Below are positions 15,846 through 23,786 of a DNA stretch of 25,606 nucleotides, one piece after another. Numbering within the stretch: the stretch's first letter is position 1; every line of letters starts with the position of its first letter. A model generated the notes under the pieces. That model was given only the letters and a program-made list of their open reading frames with translations, ran no database searches and was not told the origin of the DNA. The DNA is from Acidimicrobiia bacterium (GTDB lineage Bacteria; Actinomycetota; Acidimicrobiia; IMCC26256; JAENVU01). Location of the stretch: NCBI GenBank assembly GCA_036557185.1, contig DATBHZ010000151.1, forward strand, positions 1 through 25,606, written 5' to 3'. The position numbers were made by a program, and so were the translations under genes.

Positions 15846-17099
15846 TCAGCGTTGGTCGATGGCGACCTTGATGGCGCCGCTCGTGTCCTGCGTGGCCAGC
15901 GCCTTGAACGCGTCGCGCCACTGGTCGAGGCGGAACGTGTGCGTGAGCATGCCCGTCAGGTCGATCCGGCCGCTCTCGACGAAGTCGAGGTAGTGCTGGA
16001 TCGCGTGCTGGCGCTTGCCTTCGATCGTCTCGAACCCGAAGGCGTTCGAGCCGGTGAACGTGATCTCCTTGAAGTAGAGCGGCGTGTCCTCCCAGCGCGC
16101 GGGACCGTGGACACCGAGCTTCACGAGCGTGCCGCGCGCCCGGAGCACACGTGCACCGACCTCCAGCGTCTCCGCCGCTCCGATCGTGTCGTACACGACG
16201 TCGATGCCGCCGGGAAACGCCATCGGCAGCCCGTCCGCCGGTTGGAGCACACCGCCGGACCACGACGCAACCGCGTCGATGAGCTCCTCGCGCGGCTCGG
16301 GCGCGACAGTGACCGCGCCGAGCTTGTGCGCCAGCTCGGCTTGCGCGTCGAATCGCGCAACCGCCATCACCTCGACGTCCGGATAGAGCGCTTGGAGGAT
16401 CGCGAGCGCGCAGGTCCCGAGCGCTCCCGCGCCGTACACGAGCACCTTGCTGCCGGGCTGCGGAGGATGACGCGTGACACCGTGCAGCGACACCGCGAAC
16501 GGATCGGCGAACACCGCCTGCTCGTCGGGCACCGACTCGGGCACCTTCAAGAGCATGGAATCGTGCGCGGGCATGAGCTGCCCGAACCCGCCCGGGACGT
16601 CCTTGCACATGCCGGTGTGGATGCCCGGCGCGAGCGTGCCCTTCCCGAACGACCAGCACTGGCTCAGGTCGCCCGCGACGCAGGCCGGGCACTTCGGCTC
16701 GATCCCCCGCGGGCCGCAGGTCAGCCAGGGGTTGAGCACGACGCGCTCGCCGACCTCGAGGCCCTTCGCCTCCGGCCCGAGCGCCACGACGTCGGCCACG
16801 ACCTCGTGCCCCATCACGTGCGGGACCGAGAAGAAGTTCTTCATCGGGTTGTCCGCGAACCCCTTGCCGGCCCGCTCGGGTGACGTGAAGCTCGCGTAGT
16901 CGAAGAAGACCTGCTTCGACTCGGAACCGCAGATCCCGGTCAGCCTCGGCTTCGTCACCACCCAGTCGGGCCGGAGGAAGCCAGGGTCGTCGAGCTCGAT
17001 GAGCTTCATCGGCGTCTTGGCGAGTGCCTCGAGCAGCCGGTTGTCGGTGCCAGGGTCGGGCTGCGCGTCGGGGGCGACCCCGAAGATCAGAGCCTGCAT
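15846..17099 (-). CDS. Zn-dependent alcohol dehydrogenase (MDR superfamily)
   Basis: GICGSE...GHE catalytic-zinc ligands, structural zinc Cys cluster CGPRGIEPKCPAC, and Rossmann LVYGAGALG. Confidence 0.85.
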   Translation of the reverse strand: MQALIFGVAPDAQPDPGTDNRLLEALAKTPMKLIELDDPGFLRPDWVVTKPRLTGICGSESKQVFFDYASFTSPERAGKGFADNPMKNFFSVPHVMGHEVVADVVALGPEAKGLEVGERVVLNPWLTCGPRGIEPKCPACVAGDLSQCWSFGKGTLAPGIHTGMCKDVPGGFGQLMPAHDSMLLKVPESVPDEQAVFADPFAVSLHGVTRHPPQPGSKVLVYGAGALGTCALAILQALYPDVEVMAVARFDAQAELAHKLGAVTVAPEPREELIDAVASWSGGVLQPADGLPMAFPGGIDVVYDTIGAAETLEVGARVLRARGTLVKLGVHGPARWEDTPLYFKEITFTGSNAFGFETIEGKRQHAIQHYLDFVESGRIDLTGMLTHTFRLDQWRDAFKALATQDTSGAIKVAIDQR

Positions 17100-17177
17100 G
17101 ATCGGGACTGTATGACACGCACGTCAGGTCGCGCACGCGTGCGGGCGACGCGCCGGCACAGCGATACCGTGCCACCG

Positions 17178-17465
17178 ATGAGCGCGCAGGAGGCAGTGCT
17201 CGCGCTCCGCTCGGTCAAGCTGAACGGCCGGCGCACGGGGGTGTTCGCCTACCCGGACCGCATCGAGCTGGTCGACGAGGACGGCGTGCGGGCGATTCCG
17301 CTCACCGACGTCGTCCGCATCAGCTTCAAGAGCGGTGTCCGCAAGGGACGGCTCACGATCACCACCGGCGAGGGGCCGCTCGAGATCCGCGGGCTACGGA
17401 TGCGGGACGTCGGCGTCGCCTACCGCATCCTGGTCAGCCTCGCCGCCGACCGCAACAGGGGCTGA
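17178..17465 (+). CDS. Small hypothetical protein (~95 aa), possibly a PH/GRAM-like beta-sandwich
   Basis: MSAQEAVLALRSVKLNGRRTGVFAYPDRIELVDEDGVRAIPLTDVVRISF.... No clear RBS. Its 3' end overlaps the flotillin 3' end by ~72 nt, so confidence is low. Confidence 0.3.
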   Translation: MSAQEAVLALRSVKLNGRRTGVFAYPDRIELVDEDGVRAIPLTDVVRISFKSGVRKGRLTITTGEGPLEIRGLRMRDVGVAYRILVSLAADRNRG

Positions 17466-19475
17466 CGGTGTGCCGCTCGCCTCGATGGCCGCGTTGTTGC
17501 CGTTCCCGCCGGCCGCGCCGTTGCCGAGGTACTTGATCAGCGTCGCCGCGAGACCGTCGAGGCTGCCCCCGCCACCACCAGCGACCAGCACGTCCGGGAC
17601 GACCGTGATGTGGCCGTCGGCGACGGCGTTCGCGACCGCGACGATCGCGGCCGCACCGCCCCCGAGCGCGTCCTTCTGCGCCTCGAAGCCGGTCGCGCGC
17701 GCCACACCCAGCGCTTCGGTCGCCTTCGCGTTCGCGAGCCCGATCGCCTCCACCTTCGTCGCCTCGGCACGCCCGGTCAGCTCCACGTAGGCGGCGTCGC
17801 CACGCGCCTCCGCCTCCCGCGCGTTCGCCCGGTTCTGCTCGATCTCCACGCCAACTTGCGCGTTCGCGAGCTGGCCTTGCATGTCGGCGGTGCCTTTCGC
17901 CTTCTCCATCTCGATGCGCGACGTCTGCGCGCGTTGCATCTCCTCGTACGTCGCCTTCTCCTGGTTGGCGATCTCGCGCTTGGTGAGCACCTCGACGAGC
18001 TCCTGCGGGAAATGGACGTCCTGGATGTAGACGCCCTTCGTCTCAACGTCGTACAGCTGGAGGTACTCCGTGATGTGCTCGAGCGCAGCCTGCTGCACCT
18101 GCATGCGCGTCTCGATGAACATGACCGCGGCTTGGTCCTGCAGGGTGTTCCTGAAGTGGTTGCCGACGGCCGACTGCAGCACCTCGTTGACCAGGTTGAG
18201 CATCGTGCCGACCATCGAGATGACCTTCGGCGCCATCGTGTCCGGCACGTGGATCTGGACCTGCAGCTCGATCGAGAAGACGAATCCCTCGCGGCTCTTT
18301 CCCAGGATCGGGGCGAGCTGCGCATCGAGGTTGTGCGACGCGCTGGTCTCCTCCGACCAGTTGAGCGTCAGGATCGACGTCGGGACGATCTCCGACGCGT
18401 ACACGCGAGGGTTGATCGGGTACTTGCCGGTCCGCAATGGCTCGCGCCAGATCCCGCGGTGACCTGGCGAGACGATCGAACCGAACTTGAACTCCTCGCC
18501 CGACGTGTCGAGCGTCGGCAGGCCCACGAAGGCCTTCATCACCGCGACCTCGCCCTGGTTCACCACGAGCATCGGGACCAGCTCGACCTGCACCAGGAAT
18601 GGGTTCAACAGGTACGCGCCGTACAGCAGCGGGTCGTGCTGCAACCCGATCTTGCCGCCGGACGTGAGGAAGGTCTGGAAGTCCTGATAGTTGTTGTGCA
18701 GCTCGTTCTTCGAGCCGAGCAGCACCTCGATGATCTTCGCGTCCGTCTCTCCCACGCCCTCGGTGGTGGTCGCCTCCATCTGCGAGATGTCGGCGTATCC
18801 GCCGAGGCGGCTCGCGATGTCGCCCGACGGCAAGGGCTCACCTTCGAGCACGGTCACGATCCCGACCATGTCGACCGGGCCCTGGGGCGCGATCACCACC
18901 ACGCTGAGCTGCTCGGGCGTCAGCCCGAACGACTCGGGCTTGAGCACACCGCCACTCGCGCGCGCGGTCGCGACCAGATCCTGTGCGACCGGAAGGCCGT
19001 AGACGGCCTGCGGCGTGAGCACCATGAAGCCGACGGGATGGATGGGCATCAGCGTCCCGGGAGGGAGCACGGGGCGTTGGACGCCCTTCTGGCCGCCGAG
19101 CTCGATGAATCGGCCGAGATTGGAGAAGTTCCCGAACTCGGCCTGGTACACGCCGCTCTTCGCGCCGATGGGGAGCGGTGCGCCGACCTGGGCGATCACG
19201 ACACCCACCTCACCGGCAGGCACCTGCACCCACGGGAACTTCTGGACGGAGAACACCGGCCAGAGCTTCAGCCGGAGCCCCGGCATCAGCAGCCGTGCCT
19301 GGTAGCCGGCTTCGCCTCGAAAGGCGATCGGGTTGTCCTCAGGAAGCTTCCTCAGCGCGAAACGCTTGTTGACCAGGCCGACCTGCGTGGGCCCGATGAC
19401 GTGCACCGAGTTGAACACCGCGATCACGACGAGCGCCGCCACGATCAGGATGACGATGATCCCGGCGAGTCCCAT
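17394..19475 (-). CDS. Flotillin-like SPFH/band-7 membrane scaffold protein
   Basis: ATG 6 nt after AAGGAG. N-terminal TM MGLAGIIVILIVAALVVIAVF, an SPFH domain, a long Glu/Ala-rich coiled coil (EIEQNRANAREAEARGDAAYVELTGRAEATKVEA), and a Gly/Ala low-complexity tail. Confidence 0.8.
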   Translation of the reverse strand: MGLAGIIVILIVAALVVIAVFNSVHVIGPTQVGLVNKRFALRKLPEDNPIAFRGEAGYQARLLMPGLRLKLWPVFSVQKFPWVQVPAGEVGVVIAQVGAPLPIGAKSGVYQAEFGNFSNLGRFIELGGQKGVQRPVLPPGTLMPIHPVGFMVLTPQAVYGLPVAQDLVATARASGGVLKPESFGLTPEQLSVVVIAPQGPVDMVGIVTVLEGEPLPSGDIASRLGGYADISQMEATTTEGVGETDAKIIEVLLGSKNELHNNYQDFQTFLTSGGKIGLQHDPLLYGAYLLNPFLVQVELVPMLVVNQGEVAVMKAFVGLPTLDTSGEEFKFGSIVSPGHRGIWREPLRTGKYPINPRVYASEIVPTSILTLNWSEETSASHNLDAQLAPILGKSREGFVFSIELQVQIHVPDTMAPKVISMVGTMLNLVNEVLQSAVGNHFRNTLQDQAAVMFIETRMQVQQAALEHITEYLQLYDVETKGVYIQDVHFPQELVEVLTKREIANQEKATYEEMQRAQTSRIEMEKAKGTADMQGQLANAQVGVEIEQNRANAREAEARGDAAYVELTGRAEATKVEAIGLANAKATEALGVARATGFEAQKDALGGGAAAIVAVANAVADGHITVVPDVLVAGGGGGSLDGLAATLIKYLGNGAAGGNGNNAAIEASGTPSAPVAVGGEADQDAVGDADVPHP

Positions 19476-19516
19476 GCCCGGCTCCTTCTGCCCGCTGATC
19501 CGTCGATCCGAACCAT

Positions 19517-20275
19517 ATGCCTCCCGTGCGGGCCCGGGTCCGGGGCGCGGACGGAATTCCACGGCAAGCTGGTGGGGTGCCCGTCCGGATCCATCGTGAG
19601 CGCCACCGCAGCGATCGAGGCGGCTGGCTGCGCGCCGCGGTGCTCGGAGCCCAGGACGGGATCGTCACCACGGCAAGCGTCCTCGTGGGTGTCGCCGCCG
19701 CGGACGTCAGCCGGAGCGTGATCATCACGACCGGCGTCAGCTTGCTCGTCGCCGGCGCGCTTTCGATGGCGAGCGGTGAATACAGCTCGGTCAGCTCACA
19801 ACGCGACGCGGAGATCGCCGACATCGACCGCGAGGAACGCGAGCTCGCCACGGCCCCGGAGCACGAGCTCGAGGAGCTCACACAGATCTACGAGGAGCGC
19901 GGCCTCTCTCGCGACCTCGCGCACCGTGTAGCTGTGGAGCTGATGGAGCACGACCCGCTCGGCTCGCACGTACGCGACGAGCTCGGGCTGCACGAAGGGA
20001 ACATCGCGCGACCCGCGCAGGCGGCGGTCGCGTCAGCGACGAGCTACGCGCTGGGGTCCGCACTGGCGATCATCGCCGCGGTCACGGCCCCGAGCAACGC
20101 CCGGGTTGCCGTGCTCGCGGTGTCCACGCTGGCCCTGCTCGTCGCCACGGGCTGGACCGCCGCCCGTCTGGCCGGCAGCGGCCCGCTCCGACCGGTGGTG
20201 CGCGTGGTCGTCCTGGGCGGCATCGCGCTGCTCGTCACCGGCGTGATCGGAGCCGTGGTCGGCGCCCACACCTGA
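19517..20275 (+). CDS. VIT1/CCC1-family Fe/Mn transporter
   Basis: RIHRERHRSDRGGWLRAAVLGAQDGIVTTASVLVGV, a cytoplasmic EL-rich metal-binding loop (DIDREERELATAPEHELEELTQIYEERGL), and C-terminal TM helices. The start is uncertain; a GTG ~60 nt downstream is possible. Confidence 0.7.
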   Translation: MPPVRARVRGADGIPRQAGGVPVRIHRERHRSDRGGWLRAAVLGAQDGIVTTASVLVGVAAADVSRSVIITTGVSLLVAGALSMASGEYSSVSSQRDAEIADIDREERELATAPEHELEELTQIYEERGLSRDLAHRVAVELMEHDPLGSHVRDELGLHEGNIARPAQAAVASATSYALGSALAIIAAVTAPSNARVAVLAVSTLALLVATGWTAARLAGSGPLRPVVRVVVLGGIALLVTGVIGAVVGAHT

Positions 20276-20317
20276 CGCATCGAGCGCGGCGCTCGCGAGC
20301 TGGCACACTGCGCCGCC

Positions 20318-21088
20318 ATGCGCACACGATCGGATCTCCAACAGCTCTACGACCTGACCGGGCGCGTCGCGATCGTGACCGGGGGAAGCCGCGGGATCGG
20401 GCGCGCGATCGCGCACACCCTCGCGGCGGCGGGCGCGAAGGTCGTCGTCGCGAGTCGGAAGGCGGACGCGTGCAACGCGGTAGCCGACGAGATCGTCGAC
20501 GCAGGCGGGACCGCCGTCGCCGTCCCCGCGCACGCGGGCAAGCTCGATCAGCTCGCCGCGCTCGTCGACACGACGGTCGACCGATTTGGCGGGATTGACA
20601 TCCTCGTGAACAACGCCGCCAACGCGCTCGGTCTGCCGATCGGCTCGATCACACCCGAGGCCTGGGAGGCGTCGTACACCGTCAACCTCCGTGGCCCGCT
20701 GTTCCTGTTCCAGGACGCGCTGCCGCACCTGCAGCGAAGCGAGCACGCCTCGGTCGTGAACATGATCAGCGCCGGCGCGTTCACCCACGGCACCTACGTC
20801 TCGATGTACTGCTCGGCGAAGTCCGCGATGCTCACGATGACGCGCGCCATGGCCGCTGAGTTCGCGCCGGGCATCCGCGTCAACGCGCTCGCGCCGGGTA
20901 CGACCGACACCGACATGGTCCGCAACAACCCGGAGCCCCAGCAGCAGGCGATGGTGGACGCCCAGCTCATCAAGCGGATGGCCAAGCCCGAAGAGATCGC
21001 GGACGGCGCGCTCTACCTCGCCAGTGACGCCTCGCGGTTCATGACGGGCCAGGTGCTGGTGCTCGACGGCGGCATGACGACCCACTGA
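20318..21088 (+). CDS. Short-chain dehydrogenase/reductase (SDR) family oxidoreductase
   Basis: TGGSRGIGRAIA, NNAA, and catalytic YCSAK. Confidence 0.85.
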   Translation: MRTRSDLQQLYDLTGRVAIVTGGSRGIGRAIAHTLAAAGAKVVVASRKADACNAVADEIVDAGGTAVAVPAHAGKLDQLAALVDTTVDRFGGIDILVNNAANALGLPIGSITPEAWEASYTVNLRGPLFLFQDALPHLQRSEHASVVNMISAGAFTHGTYVSMYCSAKSAMLTMTRAMAAEFAPGIRVNALAPGTTDTDMVRNNPEPQQQAMVDAQLIKRMAKPEEIADGALYLASDASRFMTGQVLVLDGGMTTH

Positions 21089-21090
21089 CG

Positions 21091-21105
21091 CCGGCTGAAA
21101 GCCGG
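21091..21105. terminator. Small hairpin CCGGC-TGAAA-GCCGG between convergent SDR and sulfotransferase genes
   Basis: 5-bp GC stem 3 nt after the SDR stop and 7 nt before the sulfotransferase stop. Confidence 0.3.
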
Positions 21106-21111
21106 GTCAGG

Positions 21112-21723
21112 TCAGTCGAGGCCTGCCATCGAGCGGAATTCCTCGCTCGTGTTGGTATGGGGGAACGGCTCCGACGGCTCGTCCATCCCGAGCGCGCGGC
21201 ACAACGGTCCCCATCCGTCTCCCGGCTGCCAGTCCACGAGCCGCGAGGCGGGAACCGTCTTCCGGACGTACGCGTTGTGGGCCTCGTACGCGCGCTTGGC
21301 GGCGGACTCGTCACGCCAGTCGGGCGTGAAGCTCGCCAGCATCTTCTCGGCCATCTCCTGCCAGCCGAGATCGTCCGGCGGGCGCTCGTCCATCACCTGG
21401 AAGATCGTTCGGCTCGCGCTCGCCCACCAGACGTCCGCGCTCTCACGCGTCGAGAGCACGACGGGAGCGTCGGGGAACGCGCGGCTGATGTCCTCCCACT
21501 TTCCCGCCGTCGGCCAGTCGACCGCCGCCGCGTAGCCGGAGAACAACGACTCCCAATCCGTCGGAGCGCCGTCGAACGCGGCGGTCCAGATCGCCACGTG
21601 CTCGGGATGCGCGAACACCTCGGTCATGTGGTAGCAGGGGCCGCCGAGCAGCTGTTGGAGCGCAACCTGGAGTGACATCGTTCCGGTCCGCCCGAGTCCC
21701 GCACCCACCACTCGCACCGTCAC
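21112..21723 (-). CDS. Sulfotransferase-family protein (P-loop-like PAPS-binding motif)
   Basis: VTVRVVGAGLGRTGTMSL at the N-terminus resembles the 5'-phosphosulfate-binding loop of bacterial sulfotransferases. GTG start; AGGAGA upstream. Confidence 0.6.
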   Translation of the reverse strand: MTVRVVGAGLGRTGTMSLQVALQQLLGGPCYHMTEVFAHPEHVAIWTAAFDGAPTDWESLFSGYAAAVDWPTAGKWEDISRAFPDAPVVLSTRESADVWWASASRTIFQVMDERPPDDLGWQEMAEKMLASFTPDWRDESAAKRAYEAHNAYVRKTVPASRLVDWQPGDGWGPLCRALGMDEPSEPFPHTNTSEEFRSMAGLD

Positions 21724-22009
21724 GCTCTCCTCGCTCGTTGCACCCCGATGGTCCGGAGACGAAGCTACGTGGGCCGTGCGGCCCAGATCGAGGCCGCGGG
21801 AATGTCCAGATTCGGGGGATTTCTACTTTTTAACCCTGTAGGGGTTTCTTCGCGTAGTACGAGCGACATATCCTGCGACGGTCTCGGCCAGGGCACCCCC
21901 CGGCCGGGACGACCCCAAGAAGGAGACGGCGCGGGAGGGCTCGGTTCCCCAGCCCCCCAGCCCCGACCGGGTCCTCCCCCGTCTCTTCGGGCGCGGTCTC
22001 CTCCGGGAC
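21724..22009. promoter_or_regulatory. 286-bp non-coding region with an AT-rich island, AGAAAyCCCC direct repeats and a C/G-tract block
   Basis: The largest intergenic gap in the window. It lies downstream of the TauE/SafE gene and upstream of the sulfotransferase gene on the minus strand. Details are in the findings. Confidence 0.4.
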
Positions 22010-22912
22010 TCAGACCGTCTGGGTCACCGACTGCTTGCCGGCACGCGCAGGGAGCCGGCGCCGCGAGGCCGCGATCACGAAGGCGGTGAGCAGCACCACC
22101 GCGGCGGCCGCAGCGGCGACGAACAGCCCCGTGTTGGACATGCCGAGCAGCTTGAGACCTGACAGGGCCAACACAGCGACGAGCACGGGACGGATGACCG
22201 CGTCGGGCGCCCGCGACGACAGCCGAGCCCCGAGGTAGGTGCCCGGGATCGCGCCGACGAGGATCGACGTGGTGAGTCCAAGCTGGAAGTCGCCGAACAG
22301 GATGTGGCCGAGCGCCGCGGACGCGACGAGAGGGATCGCCTGCACGAGGTCGGTGCCCACCAGCTGGCCGGCGCTCAAGCTCGGGTACAGCAGCAGCAGG
22401 AACACGATCATCAGCGATCCCGAGCCGACCGACGTGATGCCGACGACCAACCCGCCGACGATGCCGATGAGCACCGTGGGCAGTGGACGGATCGTGAGCG
22501 CGTGCTGCGCGCCCGCTTCGCCGCTGACGATCCCCCGCCGCCGTTGGATCGCCGTGCGTGCGACGATCGCGCCGCCTGCCAGGAGCAGGGCGATGCCCAG
22601 CAAGGTCGAGAGGTCGCTGTTCAGATCGCTCCCGAGCCATTCGAGCAGGAGCACGCCACAGAAGGCGGCCGGAACCGAGCCGATGACGAGCCATCGGACG
22701 AGGCTCATGTTCACGGTGCCGTGCTTGAGGTGCACGCCCGCGCCGAACGGCTTCATGACGAGCGACGCGACGAGGTCGCTCGAAACCGCCGCCAGCGGTT
22801 GCACCCCGAACCCCACGATGAGCAGCGGCGTCATCAAGGCCCCGCCGCCCATGCCCGTCAGGCCGACCACGAAGCCGACGATCAGCCCGCCGAGCGCCAC
22901 CCACCAGTCCAT
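22010..22912 (-). CDS. TauE/SafE (DUF81) family sulfite/organosulfonate exporter-like membrane protein
   Basis: MDWWVALGGLIVGFVVGLTGMGGGALMTPLL, and a second half with VGITSVGSGSLMIVFLLLLY, the typical duplicated 4-TM repeats. Confidence 0.85.
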   Translation of the reverse strand: MDWWVALGGLIVGFVVGLTGMGGGALMTPLLIVGFGVQPLAAVSSDLVASLVMKPFGAGVHLKHGTVNMSLVRWLVIGSVPAAFCGVLLLEWLGSDLNSDLSTLLGIALLLAGGAIVARTAIQRRRGIVSGEAGAQHALTIRPLPTVLIGIVGGLVVGITSVGSGSLMIVFLLLLYPSLSAGQLVGTDLVQAIPLVASAALGHILFGDFQLGLTTSILVGAIPGTYLGARLSSRAPDAVIRPVLVAVLALSGLKLLGMSNTGLFVAAAAAAVVLLTAFVIAASRRRLPARAGKQSVTQTV

Positions 22913-22989
22913 CGTTCCCCCCAGTGCCCGCCTGGTCCGCTCCTGCGCTGACTGCGCAGCTCCTCCTCTAACCCCATCATCACAATGGG

Positions 22990-23030
22990 GATTTAGATGG
23001 TAGGGTACGGGTCGTCGCCGGTCAACCCGG
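22990..23030 (-). promoter_or_regulatory. Promoter TTGACC-N17-TACCAT for the TauE/SafE gene, followed by a ~80-nt structured leader
   Basis: Minus-strand reading gggTTGACCggcgacgacccgtacccTACCATctaaatCCCCATtgtgatgATGGGG...CTGCGCagtcaGCGCAG...ggggggaacgATG. Coordinates +/-2 nt. Confidence 0.45.
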
Positions 23031-23052
23031 CCGTGCGGAGTGAGCTCGGGCT

Positions 23053-23673
23053 CTAGGCGAGGCCGGCCGAGATGCGGTCGAACGCACGCTCGACGAGCAC
23101 GCGGAGATCGCCTCCGCCCTCGAGCCAGGTGTCGACCGCCGCGTGCAGCGCCGCCATCGATGTACCTGCGACGAGACGCAGGTCCATCACCGCGTGCTTC
23201 GACGCGCCGGGACGATCACGCAGCGCCTCGAAGATCTCCTGGTCCCAGCTCTGTTGACGCTCGAGGTGCCGCGTCCGAAGGCTCGGGGTCTCGGCGTAGA
23301 TGCGCTTGCGCTTCATCAGGCCCTCGCGGTCGCTCTCGACCGCGGAGGCGAGGTGGACGAACGACTCGCGCAACGCGACCAGCGGCGTCTCCGACGCAGG
23401 TCGCGCCGCGAGCTCGGCGAGGAGCTGCTGGCACCGTTCTTCGCCCTCGACGAACAGCACGTCTTCCTTGTTGGCGAAGTAGCGGAAAAACGTCCGCGGT
23501 GACACGTCGCATCGCGCGGCGATCTCCTCGATCGTCGTGCGGTCGAAGCCCTGCTCGGTGAAGAGCTCGGTCGCGGCCTCACGGAGGTCGTCGCGGGTCT
23601 TGGCCTTCTTGCGCTCGCGCAGGCCCGCCGGGCCCTCGCTACCGGCCTCGGCCGGGATGGTCATGTCGGACAT
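23053..23673 (-). CDS. TetR/AcrR-family transcriptional regulator
   Basis: MSDMTIPAEAG... then RTRDDLREAATELFTEQGFDRTTIEEIAARCDVSPRTFFRYFANKEDVL (TetR HTH). Start is 7 nt after GGGGG. Confidence 0.85.
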   Translation of the reverse strand: MSDMTIPAEAGSEGPAGLRERKKAKTRDDLREAATELFTEQGFDRTTIEEIAARCDVSPRTFFRYFANKEDVLFVEGEERCQQLLAELAARPASETPLVALRESFVHLASAVESDREGLMKRKRIYAETPSLRTRHLERQQSWDQEIFEALRDRPGASKHAVMDLRLVAGTSMAALHAAVDTWLEGGGDLRVLVERAFDRISAGLA

Positions 23674-23689
23674 GATGGCACCCCCTGCC

Positions 23690-23760
23690 TCTTGACGCAA
23701 GGTGACGAATGTCGTCTTGCGCATTATGGCAGTCTGCGCCAGAATAGTGGGATCCCTTCC
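23690..23760. promoter_or_regulatory. Divergent TetR/MFS control region with overlapping promoters and candidate palindromic operators
   Basis: Plus strand: TTGCGC-N17-CAGAAT. Minus strand: an extended -10 TGcCATAAT overlapping it. Palindromes GACGAatgTCGTC (~23705-23717) and GCGCA-N11-TGCGC (~23729-23749). Confidence 0.4.
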
Positions 23761-23786
23761 TCGACCGGGCATCAGCAGGGAGCCCC

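Noticed and set aside
17610-19721. 703-aa plus-strand ORF antisense to the flotillin gene
   Set aside because: Composition is L/R/H/D-rich from reading the complementary strand of Glu/Ala-rich coiled-coil codons. The flotillin call on the minus strand has an AAGGAG RBS and a domain match.
20276-20317. Inverted repeat CGAGCGC-g-GCGCTCG between the VIT and SDR genes as a terminator or attenuator
   Set aside because: The arms are separated by a single nucleotide, so an RNA hairpin would have only about a 5-bp stem. The two genes are 42 bp apart on the same strand and are probably co-transcribed. Kept only as a weak note.
21748-22089. 113-aa plus-strand ORF crossing the 286-bp intergenic region
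   Set aside because: Pro/Arg/Gly/Ser-rich with no RBS. It runs antisense into the TauE/SafE C-terminus and is more likely a GC-rich open frame than a gene. I kept the region as non-coding, but expression data could revise this.
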